NCBI RefSeq assembly: GCF_003367075.2
Contig: NZ_CP065936.1
Location: 30,001-62,000, forward strand
Length of the DNA: 32,000 nucleotides
Source: Cylindrospermopsis raciborskii Cr2010
Lineage (GTDB): Bacteria; Cyanobacteriota; Cyanobacteriia; Cyanobacteriales; Nostocaceae
Direction of reading: 5' to 3'
The notes below the pieces were generated by a model that saw only the letters and a list, made by a program, of their open reading frames with translations, did not search any database and was not told the DNA's origin. The position numbers were made by a program, and so were the translations under genes. This document shows positions 1 through 10,452 of the stretch, in pieces. Within the stretch, counting starts at the first letter, position 1. Each line of letters starts with the position of its first letter.

Positions 1-2761
1 TCTGCTTTTTGCCAGTAGTTCCATATAAAAAGAAAATCTCCCTGTCTAGATGCTTTGCTAAATAGGGCTGCAATAATTTTCCCAACTCTGCAAATTGGGT
101 AAATATCAAAGCCCTACTCTTTTCTGCTATGACTTCTTCTAGCATTTCTTGTAAACGCTGCAACTTAGCGGAACTATACTTTTCCAGGCTAGACTCATGG
201 AGGTATTGGGCGGGGTGATTACAAATTTGTTTTAGTTTTACTAACAAAGATAAAATCATGCCGCGACGTTGTAAACCACTAGCTGACTGAATTTCGCTCA
301 AAGATTTATCAACGGCATTCTGATACAATTCTGCTTGCTCCTTAGTTAAACCACAAAATACAGTCATTTCTTGCTTTTGTGGTAAATCTTGAATAATGGA
401 TTTATCCGATTTCAATCGTCGCAAAATAAAGGGTTGTACTAAGGAACGCAATTGATTTAAGGATGATACGTCACCATATTTTTCAATGGGTATAGCAAAT
501 CGTCTTTGAAAAAATTGTTTATTACCCAAATAACCAGGATTCAGAAAATCCAGAATAGACCATAATTCCTGTAATCGGTTTTCCACGGGTGTTCCAGTTA
601 AAGCAATACGAAATTTGGCTTCTAATTTGCGCACCGACTGAGATTGTTTAGAATCATAATTTTTGATGTTTTGAGCTTCATCTAAAACAATAACTTGCCA
701 ATTAACAGTTTGCAATAACTTAAGATCCCGTTGCACCAAAGAATAACTAGTAATTACTAAATCCTGCTCCTTAGCACTCTCAGCAAACTTCTTACCTTTG
801 GGACGTTTTTCACCATGAAATTCCAAAACCTTGAGTTGAGGGGCAAATTTTTTTATTTCCCTAGACCAGTTGCCCAAAACAGAAGTAGGACATAGGAGAA
901 GACCGGGATTTTGTAAGGCATTTTTTTCTTGCAGATGTAGAAAAAAAACCAGAAACTGTACAGATTTTCCCAGTCCCATATCATCAGCTAAACAAGCACC
1001 CAAACCCCATCTTTCTAAAAAGGCTAACCAAGCAGCTCCTCTTTGTTGATAAGGTCGAAGCTGACCTTGAAAATTTTTGGGTAGGGGTAAAGGTTGAATA
1101 TCTTGGTTATCATTTAAGGTGGTAACTAAATCTTGTAATGCACCAGAAGCATCAAAACTAACAACTGGTAATTTTTCAATTACCTGGGTGTCACCTCTAC
1201 TAATTCTTATGGCTTCTTCTAAGGACAAAGATAAATCCTGTTTACGAGCAGCAAAAAAGTTTTGGGCAGTTTTAATGTCCTGTTCTCGCAGTTCTACCCA
1301 TTCACCGTTAATTTCTACCAAGGGACTATTTAAAGCCACTAATCGGTCAAATTCATCTGGAGAAATGGTCTGACCACCAATTGCCAATTGCCATTGGAAT
1401 TTTAATAAACTTTTTAAACCTAAATTCTGTTGTTTATTGTGTGGTGTTTCGGCGATAATTTGCAAACCTAAACGATTTGCCCAACCTTCACGATTAGCTA
1501 AGCTGGGAGGCAAAATTACCCCTAACCCATTATCCTCTAATCTCCCACTGACAGATTTAATAAACTGATATGCTTCCATAGGTTGAAGATAACAGCATTC
1601 CGGGAATTCTGTCTCTAAACTACTGGTAATCCCAGGATATAATCGGGAGGCTAAACCCAAACCCCGCAATAAAGTCTCTTGGGGTTTACTGACCTGGCGA
1701 TTTTCATACACCAATGTTTCCACTGGATTCTCCCATATGGTTTTGGCATCAATGAGAAATTGGTCATCATCAGTAGCTTGCAAAAAATAACCTAAACGCC
1801 AATCTGTTGTCCCTGTGGGTGGATGCAGTTGTAAACAAGTTCTAAAAGCTACTTTTTCTGTTAATTGGTGTTGTAAGGGCAATTGCCAAGATTTTAGGGT
1901 CTCTTTTAATCTCTCTAGGTCTATGGCATCCCCACACATTGGAGATGATCTATTCTTCAAACTGATCAAAGACTGGAACCATGGTTGCACTAATGATGGC
2001 AAGGACATGATTGACCGACTATCCAAAATGGATTGCTCATCTAGCATAAGACGAATTTGTACATCTATGATGCTATTGAGAAATCCCAAAATTAACTCCT
2101 GCGGTTCCCTAGGTAGATCCGTAAAGAACAAGTGGTCAACATAATTTGCATTATGGGAATCAAGCTGTTGATAATTACAACATGCCGGGGGAATATTAGC
2201 AGCAAATTTTTCTAATCTGGTTGTATCTATAGCACTATCTAAGAGTACGTGCCACCGAGCAAATTGAGAACCGTCTTCATTTATTTCTATAGTGGGTAAA
2301 AATTTACAGCGAGCTATTAAATCTAAAGACCATCTTGCTATATGGGACCAAAATCTCAGGTCTCCCGCCAAAAAACTATCTGCACTATTAGTGGAATTTA
2401 ATGGTAAATTACACAGCACTTTAATAGCCACATCAGGTTCTAAGGAAAAACCCTCTATTCGCCAGGGTTGTAAATAGGTTTGGTGATCACTATTTCTATC
2501 ATTATTCTCTACTAATATACTTGGGGAATATATGGGGCAAATAATTGGGGATCTTCCTATAAAATTAGTCGGTACAGCGAGCACTTGTGAATCAACTTTA
2601 GCTTGATTTATTTTATTCCTACTTACTTTAGTTATAGCAGAATTAGAAGTGAAAATACAGTCATAGATTCGCCCATGATAGCTTTTCAGCCACGTACCCA
2701 ACTCCAGGGATGACATGGCTAAAGGATGGTAAGGTAAGGATGTCAAACTAATAGACTCCAT
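1..2761 (-). CDS. SNF2/SWI2-family DEAD/DEAH-box helicase, N-terminal portion; C-terminus runs off the left window edge
   Basis: Hand translation of the minus strand from the ATG at 2761 (MESISLTSLPYHPLAMSSLELGTWLKSYHGRIYDC...). No stop was seen in the parts translated, and the edge codons are in frame. Motifs: DDMGLGKSVQ (Walker A), LLCPTSVLGNW, VITSYSLVQRD, VIVLDEAQNIKN (DEAQ), ALTGTPVENRLQELWSILDFLNPGYLG, FILRRLKSD. It is missing from the ORF track because its stop lies outside the window. Confidence 0.9.
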   Translation of the reverse strand, partial: MESISLTSLPYHPLAMSSLELGTWLKSYHGRIYDCIFTSNSAITKVSRNKINQAKVDSQVLAVPTNFIGRSPIICPIYSPSILVENNDRNSDHQTYLQPWRIEGFSLEPDVAIKVLCNLPLNSTNSADSFLAGDLRFWSHIARWSLDLIARCKFLPTIEINEDGSQFARWHVLLDSAIDTTRLEKFAANIPPACCNYQQLDSHNANYVDHLFFTDLPREPQELILGFLNSIIDVQIRLMLDEQSILDSRSIMSLPSLVQPWFQSLISLKNRSSPMCGDAIDLERLKETLKSWQLPLQHQLTEKVAFRTCLQLHPPTGTTDWRLGYFLQATDDDQFLIDAKTIWENPVETLVYENRQVSKPQETLLRGLGLASRLYPGITSSLETEFPECCYLQPMEAYQFIKSVSGRLEDNGLGVILPPSLANREGWANRLGLQIIAETPHNKQQNLGLKSLLKFQWQLAIGGQTISPDEFDRLVALNSPLVEINGEWVELREQDIKTAQNFFAARKQDLSLSLEEAIRISRGDTQVIEKLPVVSFDASGALQDLVTTLNDNQDIQPLPLPKNFQGQLRPYQQRGAAWLAFLERWGLGACLADDMGLGKSVQFLVFFLHLQEKNALQNPGLLLCPTSVLGNWSREIKKFAPQLKVLEFHGEKRPKGKKFAESAKEQDLVITSYSLVQRDLKLLQTVNWQVIVLDEAQNIKNYDSKQSQSVRKLEAKFRIALTGTPVENRLQELWSILDFLNPGYLGNKQFFQRRFAIPIEKYGDVSSLNQLRSLVQPFILRRLKSDKSIIQDLPQKQEMTVFCGLTKEQAELYQNAVDKSLSEIQSASGLQRRGMILSLLVKLKQICNHPAQYLHESSLEKYSSAKLQRLQEMLEEVIAEKSRALIFTQFAELGKLLQPYLAKHLDREIFFLYGTTGKKQ

Positions 2762-3022
2762 TGGTATTTGAGATTCGCTTCGCCAAGTTTCTGCCCAGAG
2801 GAACAATACTGGATCAAAATTACTTTTTGTTTTATTCAACCAAGCACCGTGTAGAATTGACATATTTTTTCACAAATTCCCAAGTACAAACTAAAAAGTC
2901 GCCAGATCCCCCCCCTTTACCTTGTCTGAAACTAATATATCCAAAACCAAGTCGTCTACATTATATAAGTGTTAGGATTGCCACAGAGCGAGAATAGAGT
3001 GCATAGAAGGAAAAGAAACTGA

Positions 3023-5179
3023 ATGGCAGAAATTGATAAGTCAATATCCTTTGATGGACGGGATATTCGACTGAAGGTCGGATTGTTAGCCCCTCAAGCA
3101 GGTGGTTCGGTGTTGATAGAATCGGGAGACACTGCCGTTTTGGTGACGGCCACAAGATCAGAAGCCAGAGAGGGCGTTGATTTTCTTCCCCTAACAGTAG
3201 ATTATGAAGAAAGACTGTACGCTGCTGGAAGAATACCCGGTGGTATTATGCGCCGCGAGGGTCGGCCACCAGAAAGGGCTATTTTAACTAGTCGTTTGAT
3301 TGACCGCCCATTGCGTCCCCTGTTCCCCTCCTGGTTAAGAGATGACCTGCAAATTATTGCTTTGACCCTCTCTATGGATGAGCTGGTGCCACCCGATGTG
3401 TTGGCTGTAACCGGAGCTTCTATCGCTACTCTGATTGCCCAAATTCCTTTTTATGGACCAATGGCAGCAGTACGTGTGGGTTTAGTTGGGGATGATTTTA
3501 TTATTAACCCTACCTACGCCGAAATAGAAGCTGGTGATTTGGATTTGGTGGTTGCTGGCTCCCCCGATGGGGTAATTATGGTGGAAGCAGGAGCAAATCA
3601 GTTACCTGAACGGGATATTATTGAGGCCATTGACTTTGGTTATGAAGCAGTTAGGGATTTAATTCAAGCACAACGAGATTTAATTGCTGAACTCGGTTTG
3701 ACTATTGTTCACCAAGAACCCCCAATACCCGATCAAAGTCTGGAAAACTATATCCGCGATCGCGCTAGTGAGGAAATTAAAAAAATACTCGCTCAGTTTG
3801 AATTGACTAAAACTGAACGCGATGCTGCTCTGGATGTAGTTAAAAGTGCGATCGCATCTAGTATTGAGTCTCTGGGGGAGGAAGATCCTATTCGCATAGC
3901 TGCAACAGCTAATGGTCAAGTACTGGAGAACACTTTTAAAGACATTACTAAGTACTTCATGCGTCGTCAAATTGTTGAAGACAATGTGCGAGTGGACGGT
4001 CGTAAGTTAGATGAAGTGCGTCCTGTTTCATCCCAAGTAGGAGTCCTACCTCGTCGTGTTCATGGTAGTGGATTATTTAATCGTGGATTAACTCAAGTAT
4101 TATCAGCTTGCACCCTTGGCACGCCAGGAGATGCCCAAAGTTTAAGTGATGATTTACAAGTAGATCAGTCCAAACGTTACTTACATCATTACAATTTCCC
4201 TCCTTTCTCCGTAGGTGAAACTAAACCCTTGCGGGCCCCTGGAAGACGGGAAATAGGGCATGGAGCTTTAGCAGAAAGGGCAATTTTGCCTGTGCTTCCT
4301 ACCAAAGAGCAATTCCCCTACGTCATTAGGGTGGTCTCGGAAGTTCTTTCTTCCAATGGCTCTACCTCTATGGGATCAGTTTGTGGATCTACCCTAGCTC
4401 TCATGGATGCAGGTGTTCCCATTACCAAACCTGTCAGCGGTGCTGCTATGGGTTTGATTAAGGAAGGATCGGAAGTACGGGTACTAACTGATATTCAAGG
4501 TATTGAAGACTTTTTAGGCGATATGGACTTTAAAGTGGCCGGTACTGATACGGGCATCACGGCACTACAAATGGACATGAAAATCTCTGGATTGTCTCTA
4601 GATGTAATTAAACAAGCCGTGGAGCAAGCCAGGGATGCTCGGTTGCACATTTTGGAGAAGATGTTGCAAACTATAGACAAACCACGAACTGAAACTTCAC
4701 CTTTTGCACCACGACTAGTCACAATTAAAATTGATCCTGATATGATTGGTTTAGTCATCGGTCCAGGCGGTAAGACCATCAAGGGTATTACGGAAGAGAC
4801 GGGTGCTAAAATCGACATTGAAGATAGTGGTATTGTGACCATTTCCGCCATAGATGAAGGTAGAGCCAAACGAGCAAAAAGTATAATTCAGGGCATGACC
4901 CGCAAGCTCCACGAGGGAGATGTATATGTGGGTCGTGTGACAAGGATTATACCAATTGGGGCCTTTGTGGAATTTTTACCTGGTAAGGAGGGCATGATCC
5001 ATATTTCCCAGCTGGCCGATTATCGTGTAGGTAAGGTGGAAGATGAAGTAGCTGTTGGTGAGGAGGTAATTGTCAAGGTTCGTGAAATTGATAGCAAGGG
5101 GAGAATTAACCTGACACGATTGGGCATTCATCCAGATCAGGCAGCTGCTGCACGAGAAGCCGCAGCAACAAATCGCTAG
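3023..5179 (+). CDS. pnp: Polyribonucleotide nucleotidyltransferase (PNPase)
   Basis: 718 aa with duplicated RNase PH-like domains, a KH domain ([27 protein letters not shown]) and an S1 domain ([34 protein letters not shown]). Confidence 0.98.
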   Translation: MAEIDKSISFDGRDIRLKVGLLAPQAGGSVLIESGDTAVLVTATRSEAREGVDFLPLTVDYEERLYAAGRIPGGIMRREGRPPERAILTSRLIDRPLRPLFPSWLRDDLQIIALTLSMDELVPPDVLAVTGASIATLIAQIPFYGPMAAVRVGLVGDDFIINPTYAEIEAGDLDLVVAGSPDGVIMVEAGANQLPERDIIEAIDFGYEAVRDLIQAQRDLIAELGLTIVHQEPPIPDQSLENYIRDRASEEIKKILAQFELTKTERDAALDVVKSAIASSIESLGEEDPIRIAATANGQVLENTFKDITKYFMRRQIVEDNVRVDGRKLDEVRPVSSQVGVLPRRVHGSGLFNRGLTQVLSACTLGTPGDAQSLSDDLQVDQSKRYLHHYNFPPFSVGETKPLRAPGRREIGHGALAERAILPVLPTKEQFPYVIRVVSEVLSSNGSTSMGSVCGSTLALMDAGVPITKPVSGAAMGLIKEGSEVRVLTDIQGIEDFLGDMDFKVAGTDTGITALQMDMKISGLSLDVIKQAVEQARDARLHILEKMLQTIDKPRTETSPFAPRLVTIKIDPDMIGLVIGPGGKTIKGITEETGAKIDIEDSGIVTISAIDEGRAKRAKSIIQGMTRKLHEGDVYVGRVTRIIPIGAFVEFLPGKEGMIHISQLADYRVGKVEDEVAVGEEVIVKVREIDSKGRINLTRLGIHPDQAAAAREAAATNR

Positions 5180-5249
5180 TTGTATCTAGCTTTGTCCAGA
5201 AGGTTTAGTGAAGAAGCGTTCTGGCTCACCCCCGGTGGCTAGGGCTATA

Positions 5250-5297
5250 GGATTTTAGATTGTAGATTAAGTATAATAAATCACAAATCTAAAATCC
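5250..5297. repeat. Perfect 12-bp inverted repeat GGATTTTAGATT / AATCTAAAATCC with a 24-nt spacer, downstream of pnp
   Basis: Arms at 5250-5261 and 5286-5297, read directly from the sequence. Confidence 0.8.
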
Positions 5298-5375
5298 GTG
5301 ATACCTGGGTAATGGGATATTCTCCAGTGATTGTATAATTTTCTTACTCGAAGGAAAATTTACACTTGTTATTCC

Positions 5376-5642
5376 ATGGTCAGCGCTAAACGTTTACCAG
5401 AAACTACTGCCCACGTGAGAATCACCCGTCAATCCTGGCAACATGGCTTTCTGGAAGGTGATGTCAGTGCTGGCAATTTTGAATGGCATTTTGAATGGTA
5501 TTTTCTCCGGGGAGAACTTTCCATTCAACCCTCTCGGGGAAGGGCCTTGATTAGGGATCCCCTGGGACGCTTTTTAGAAAAACAAGATTATCAATTGGAA
5601 CCAGGAGGAGATTATACTTTTACTATTCGGGCCGAAATATGA
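5376..5642 (+). CDS. Small conserved cyanobacterial protein, DUF3146-like
   Basis: 88 aa from the internal ATG at 5376 (MVSAKRLPETTAHVRITRQSWQHGFLEGDVSAGNFEWHFEWYFLRGELSIQPSRGRALIRDPLGRFLEKQDYQLEPGGDYTFTIRAEI). The ORF-track start at 5331 is probably too early. The family name is from memory. Confidence 0.7.
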   Translation: MVSAKRLPETTAHVRITRQSWQHGFLEGDVSAGNFEWHFEWYFLRGELSIQPSRGRALIRDPLGRFLEKQDYQLEPGGDYTFTIRAEI

Positions 5643-5680
5643 ACTATAGCCACTACAAGAGGTTGACAAATACTAAAACA

Positions 5681-6154
5681 CTACTGGTCACAAATGGGAT
5701 GACTAGTAGAGTTTTTGTGGCAAATCCCCAGTTCTTCAAGATAGCGTTCAATTAGGAGAATTGCTACAATATCATCTATAGCCCGTGGTGGTTGACGTAA
5801 ACCTTTGGGTACGAGATTTGTTAATCCTCTGGGAGGAAACATCTGCCAATAACGGTCTCTTGCAGCTAAGGTAGTGTAACGTTCATCTACTAAGATAATA
5901 TCCAAACTGGGGTTTAATTCCTGCTCCAGTTGCTGTTTCCAAGTTTTAGCTGTGGTTTGATTTCCCATCACAATTCTGGAAATGGAAAAAGTTGCCCTGA
6001 AATCAGAAATATGGGCGATCACCTGTTTAGCTGGCACAACTTCATGATGGTAAAGTTTACGGTCTATTCCCATCACTGCTACACCACATTTGTCACGTCC
6101 AGGGTCAAAGCCTAAAATTGTGCACTGTGTTTTTATACCATTTATATTATTCAT
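5681..6154 (-). CDS. YqgF/RuvX-like RNase H-fold (putative resolvase) protein
   Basis: 157 aa; TILGFDPGRDKCGVAVMG resembles the RuvC/YqgF strand-1 Asp motif, and IVMGN...ILVDERYTTLAARDRYW resembles the YqgF 'DER.T' motif. Its start is 2 bp from the stop of the next upstream gene. Confidence 0.7.
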   Translation of the reverse strand: MNNINGIKTQCTILGFDPGRDKCGVAVMGIDRKLYHHEVVPAKQVIAHISDFRATFSISRIVMGNQTTAKTWKQQLEQELNPSLDIILVDERYTTLAARDRYWQMFPPRGLTNLVPKGLRQPPRAIDDIVAILLIERYLEELGICHKNSTSHPICDQ

Positions 6155-6156
6155 TT

Positions 6157-7647
6157 TTAAGTGCTAAAAACAATTTTTCCATTGGATATTGCCACCAGTT
6201 TAACTCTTAAAGGACCTGCAGTATAGATATTTTCTGCAGCAACTGCTTTTACTTCCAAAGCTTGTTGAGACTGCTCCAGTTCAGAAAAAAATCGTAAAAA
6301 AGTGCCATCTATCTCTATTCTCTCCACAATGCCAGCATTTCGGGCACGGAACTGGGAAGCAGAAATTACTAGATCTAGCCTTTGACGCAGTTGATATGAT
6401 GTCATACTTTTCATATCCGCAGAGGTTGTAGCCAATACCTGACCAGCAGAAAATACCAGTTGATTGGGCATAGCATCGGCAAAAAATTCTATTTGTTTTT
6501 CCCCTCTTACGTAGTTACCAGCAGAAAAAATTCTCACTACATATTCCCTACCATCCTGAATTTGTTTAGTCAGTTGTTCCACCCTTTCTTCACTTATACG
6601 TAGTAAGTCTGTGTTATTTTGGTTGGTTCCTGGTTCATTTAATTGAATGCTGGCGTTATTATTAGCTTCCTGAAATATTTGGGTAATGACCTGATTGGCA
6701 ACGCTAGGTTTATTCACACTAACTACAGCAGATGCTATGACCTGACCACGAACCAAAGCTAATTTACCCAAACGTAGGTCGCGATAAGACTGATAATATT
6801 TTTCCAATCTTGCTACCTCTTGTTCTAAATACTGCTGCTGTTTTTCTAGCTCCCCTAGTTGCACTTCTCTACTAGCAATAATTTGTTCTCGTTTCCTAAT
6901 TTCTAAATTGCGATTTTGAATTAGCCTATCCAAACCAGCAATTTTTCGATCTCGCTGTGCAATAATTGCTTTGCGGTTGAACAATTCTCGATCTCGTTTG
7001 GTAACTGCATTTTTAGCCTCATCAATAGCTTGTTGAGCTTGAGCATATAACTGCTGACGTTCACTTCTTAATTCTCCCACTGCCAATCGTAAGGCTTGGC
7101 GTTGTTGGTATAAATTTTCCAGTTCACCCAGGGCCTGTCTATACTGAACCACAACCTTACCTAGTTTGCTCTGGGTTCCCCGGAGTTGAGTTTGAGTTTT
7201 AATCTGTTTTGTAGTAGTAATGTCAAGTTTAGCTTGTGTAGCTTTTTGTTTACTATTTGCTTCTTGTAAAGACTTATTTGTTTCTATAAGCTGGTTTTTA
7301 GCTTCTTCTTGAGCTTTTCTAGCTGCAATTAGTCTATTCTCTATATTAATCTTCTGAGCTTCAGCAGTTTTTAATTGTTCCCGTTTATTTCTGAGATCTT
7401 TTTGAATATCTTCTAACTCAAATACACCCTTTCTCAAACCCTCGTCGGCGGCAAATAAAATGGCCAAGGTGGTGGCGGAAATCACACTACCCGTAAAGAT
7501 AGTGACAATAACCGCCGTTTTCTTGGGACGTAAATTAAACAGAGATAAACGTGCTTTACCTACTTTGGTACCAATGCGATCGCCGAGGGTGGCAATCACA
7601 CCGCCCAAAATTAAAATTGCTGCTATGAGGATGTACCCAGTGGCCAT
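6157..7647 (-). CDS. DUF3084-like protein with two N-terminal hydrophobic segments and a long coiled coil
   Basis: 496 aa; GYILIAAILILGGVIATLGDRIGTKVGKARLSLFNLRPKKTAVIVTIFTGSVISATTLAILFA followed by a long E/K/Q-rich coiled coil and a conserved C-terminal domain. Confidence 0.8.
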   Translation of the reverse strand: MATGYILIAAILILGGVIATLGDRIGTKVGKARLSLFNLRPKKTAVIVTIFTGSVISATTLAILFAADEGLRKGVFELEDIQKDLRNKREQLKTAEAQKINIENRLIAARKAQEEAKNQLIETNKSLQEANSKQKATQAKLDITTTKQIKTQTQLRGTQSKLGKVVVQYRQALGELENLYQQRQALRLAVGELRSERQQLYAQAQQAIDEAKNAVTKRDRELFNRKAIIAQRDRKIAGLDRLIQNRNLEIRKREQIIASREVQLGELEKQQQYLEQEVARLEKYYQSYRDLRLGKLALVRGQVIASAVVSVNKPSVANQVITQIFQEANNNASIQLNEPGTNQNNTDLLRISEERVEQLTKQIQDGREYVVRIFSAGNYVRGEKQIEFFADAMPNQLVFSAGQVLATTSADMKSMTSYQLRQRLDLVISASQFRARNAGIVERIEIDGTFLRFFSELEQSQQALEVKAVAAENIYTAGPLRVKLVAISNGKIVFST

Positions 7648-7931
7648 CTTAATCCTACCGCCAAAAAAGCTTCCATATACACTTTACTACTTTTAACCAT
7701 GGTCTGTGGAGAAAAAGAATTGGATAGAATAGTAAAGTTTAAATATTGTTTGACAGCCATAGGTATCCATGTCTTGGAGTCATAGAATTGCACCTTATTA
7801 AAATTGTTGCACGGTGGACACAGGGGGATATTGGTCCGTAAGAGTAAACACAACTTGCCTGGTGAATTAGACCCCCCAGATTTTTCCGTGAGCTAACTCA
7901 AATTATAGCTTATAAGCAAACTTGGTAAACA

Positions 7932-8603
7932 TTAAGTAAACTGCTTGCTTAGTGCGACTGGCTTATGCACAGTGATTTTTTTCTTGTGGATAGAAATCAT
8001 TTTTTTCTCCCGCAAGTCTCCTAGTAACCTGGTTACAGTCACTCGGGTGGAACCTATTGCTTCTGCGATCGCCTGATGGGATAACTTGAGGTCAACAGTA
8101 ACCCCGTCAGCACAGGGAACACCAAAGTCGCGACAGAGAATTAGCAGAAAACTGACTAACCGAGAACCCATATCTCGGTGAGCAAGAGTTTCAATCATCA
8201 TTTCTGTTTGCAGAATCCGCGAGGAGAGGCCTCGCAGCATAAGCATTGACAGTTCTGGATTTTCCTTGAGGGCCTGCTCTACCTGCTCAATTGGCGAAGA
8301 GAGCAATTCCACCGCAGTAAAAGCAACTGCATGGTAAAACCTATCTGATTTATTACCTGTTAGTAATGACAAAACACCGAAAACGCTATTTTCCCGTAGC
8401 AGGGCCACTGTTATTTCTTCTCCTGCTTCATACACCCTGGAAAGTTTCACAGCACCTCTGAGAAGAAAATAAACTCGTTCGGCCGGATCCCCGGGAAAAA
8501 AGATGGTTTTGTTACGTTCAAACGTCTCCACAACAGGGGGAAAAGCCCCCGTTGCCATTTGACGAAAAACATTTGCCAGGGCTTTATCTTGCATTACGAT
8601 CAT
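7932..8603 (-). CDS. ntcA: Global nitrogen regulator NtcA (Crp/Fnr family)
   Basis: [56 protein letters not shown]... with the C-terminal [27 protein letters not shown]. The start at 8603 fits NtcA better than the ORF-track start at 8624. Confidence 0.97.
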   Translation of the reverse strand: MIVMQDKALANVFRQMATGAFPPVVETFERNKTIFFPGDPAERVYFLLRGAVKLSRVYEAGEEITVALLRENSVFGVLSLLTGNKSDRFYHAVAFTAVELLSSPIEQVEQALKENPELSMLMLRGLSSRILQTEMMIETLAHRDMGSRLVSFLLILCRDFGVPCADGVTVDLKLSHQAIAEAIGSTRVTVTRLLGDLREKKMISIHKKKITVHKPVALSKQFT

Positions 8604-8961
8604 CTCCCTTCCCTTACCCAACACCGGAAAAACAAAAACTTAATACCTAAGAATACAACTGAAGAATCAAGAACGCACCGTCAATCTTTCTGTCTTTTAC
8701 TATACTCAAATTTGCTAGTCTATCTTATTTTGTCGATCATGATACCCAATTTTGGTGATTTTTAACCTAAAATGGTGGATCACCCCTCCCCTGGAGGACA
8801 ATTTTGGGGTTTTTTCGGTTCAAAATTTGCCAGATCTTTAATAAGTTCTTAAACAATCACCATAAAAAGGTTTATGGGGACAGAGAATTATCAAGATCAC
8901 ATTTAGGATAACATTTAATTTAACAATATTCTCAATAAGATCAATCGCGTTAACAATTTTT

Positions 8962-9738
8962 ATGCTAAACCTGTCCGGTAAGAATGCCCTGGTTACGGGG
9001 ATTGCCAATAGTCGGTCTATTGCTTGGGGTATTACCCAACAACTACATGCAGCTGGAGCTAATCTGGGAGTTACCTATTTGCCCGATGATAAGGGTAAGT
9101 TCGAAAAGAAGGTCTTGGAGTTAGTTGAACCCCTTGAACCTAGTTTATTTCTGCCCTGTAATGTAGAGAATGAGGAACAAATCCAAGCTACTTTTGACGC
9201 TATTCAACAAAAATGGGGTAAGCTAGATATTCTCATTCACTGTCTAGCTTTTGCTAACAAAGAGGATTTAAGTGGAGATTTTAGTCAAACTTCTCGCTTA
9301 GGATTTAATAAGGCATTAGAAGTTAGCACTTATTCTCTTATTCAGTTAAGTGGAGCAGCTAAACCTTTGATGACAGAAGGTGGTAGTATTCTGACTCTTT
9401 CCTATTTGGGCGCAGTGCGCGCTATTCCTAATTATAATGTAATGGGAGTAGCCAAAGCTGGACTAGAAGCTAGTGTGCGTTACTTGGCAGCAGAACTGGG
9501 ACCCCAAAATATTCGTGTCAATGGTATCTCCGCAGGTCCCATCCGCACTCTGGCTTCCTCTGCTGTAGGTGGTATTTTGGATATGATTCATCACGTTGAG
9601 CAAGTGGCTCCCCTTAAACGTACTGTTACTCAATTGGAGGTAGGTAGTGCAGCTGCTTTTTTGTGTAGTGATTTATCTAGTGGAATTACTGGACAAATCC
9701 TATATGTAGATGCGGGATATGAAATTATGGGCATGTAA
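8962..9738 (+). CDS. fabI: Enoyl-[acyl-carrier-protein] reductase (NADH)
   Basis: 258 aa; LSGKNALVTGIANSRSIAWGITQQL, YNVMGVAKAGLEASVRYLAAELGPQNIRVNGISAGPIRTLA. Confidence 0.97.
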   Translation: MLNLSGKNALVTGIANSRSIAWGITQQLHAAGANLGVTYLPDDKGKFEKKVLELVEPLEPSLFLPCNVENEEQIQATFDAIQQKWGKLDILIHCLAFANKEDLSGDFSQTSRLGFNKALEVSTYSLIQLSGAAKPLMTEGGSILTLSYLGAVRAIPNYNVMGVAKAGLEASVRYLAAELGPQNIRVNGISAGPIRTLASSAVGGILDMIHHVEQVAPLKRTVTQLEVGSAAAFLCSDLSSGITGQILYVDAGYEIMGM

Positions 9739-9759
9739 CTAGGTTCAATATTAAGCATC

Positions 9760-9778
9760 ACCGACGTTCTACGTCGGT
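9760..9778. terminator. Compact hairpin ACCGACGT-TCT-ACGTCGGT between fabI and hisB
   Basis: Perfect 8-bp stem with a 3-nt loop (9760-9767 / 9771-9778). A GTTCAA/TTGAAC pair flanks it. There is no strong U-tract, so terminator function is uncertain. Confidence 0.4.
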
Positions 9779-9830
9779 TAGTGTTTGAACTACTTGCTAA
9801 TGAACTAACAAAAAAATATAAAAATATAAG

Positions 9831-10433
9831 TTGACAATGAGCAAAGAAAGACTCGCTACGGTTAAACGTGTTACAGGAGAAACAGATGTAACCGTATCCA
9901 TTAATCTTGATGGTACGGGAATTTGTAAGTCTAATACGGGTATTTATTTTTTGGATCACATGATCCAGCAGATTGCCTCCCATGGTTTATTTGATTTGGA
10001 TATTCAAGCTACAGGTGACTGGCAAATTGATGACCACCACACCAATGAGGATGTGGGTATTACTTTAGGTCAGGCTCTCCATCAGGCACTTGGTAATAAA
10101 AAGGGTATTGCCCGCTTCGGTCATTTCATCGCTCCTTTGGATGAAGCACTGATCCAGGTAGCTTTGGATTTCTCTGGTCGCCCCCATCTCAGTTATGGAT
10201 TACATATTAGTACGGAAAGGGTAGGAACCTATGATACTCAACTCGTGAGAGAGTTTTTTGTGGCTTTAGTAAATCATAGTCAAATGACTCTACATATTCA
10301 GCAACTAGATGGTATTAATTCTCATCATATTATTGAGGCTACCTTTAAGGCTTTTGCTAGAGCAATGCGCATGGCCGTGGAGATCGATCCTCGTCGCGCT
10401 CAAACTATTCCTAGTTCTAAGGGCGTGTTATAG
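9831..10433 (+). CDS. hisB: Imidazoleglycerol-phosphate dehydratase
   Basis: 200 aa; [62 protein letters not shown] and C-terminal [27 protein letters not shown]. Confidence 0.97.
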   Translation: MTMSKERLATVKRVTGETDVTVSINLDGTGICKSNTGIYFLDHMIQQIASHGLFDLDIQATGDWQIDDHHTNEDVGITLGQALHQALGNKKGIARFGHFIAPLDEALIQVALDFSGRPHLSYGLHISTERVGTYDTQLVREFFVALVNHSQMTLHIQQLDGINSHHIIEATFKAFARAMRMAVEIDPRRAQTIPSSKGVL

Positions 10434-10452
10434 TTGATAATAAAATACATTC

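Noticed and set aside
1119-2477. Plus-strand ORFs at 1119-1373, 1815-2144 and 2292-2477
   Set aside because: Antisense to the SNF2 helicase frame, with compositions that look like shadow ORFs and no recognisable domain.
1-2761. Apparent absence of a minus-strand ORF, suggesting non-coding DNA or a pseudogene
   Set aside because: The helicase frame read open in every part I translated. The ORF caller missed it because the stop codon lies left of position 1.
2961-3155. 64-aa minus ORF overlapping the pnp start
   Set aside because: Overlaps a certain gene and the promoter region, with no family resemblance.
7623-7853. 76-aa minus ORF upstream of the DUF3084-like gene
   Set aside because: Overlaps the start of that gene, with atypical composition and no recognisable motif.
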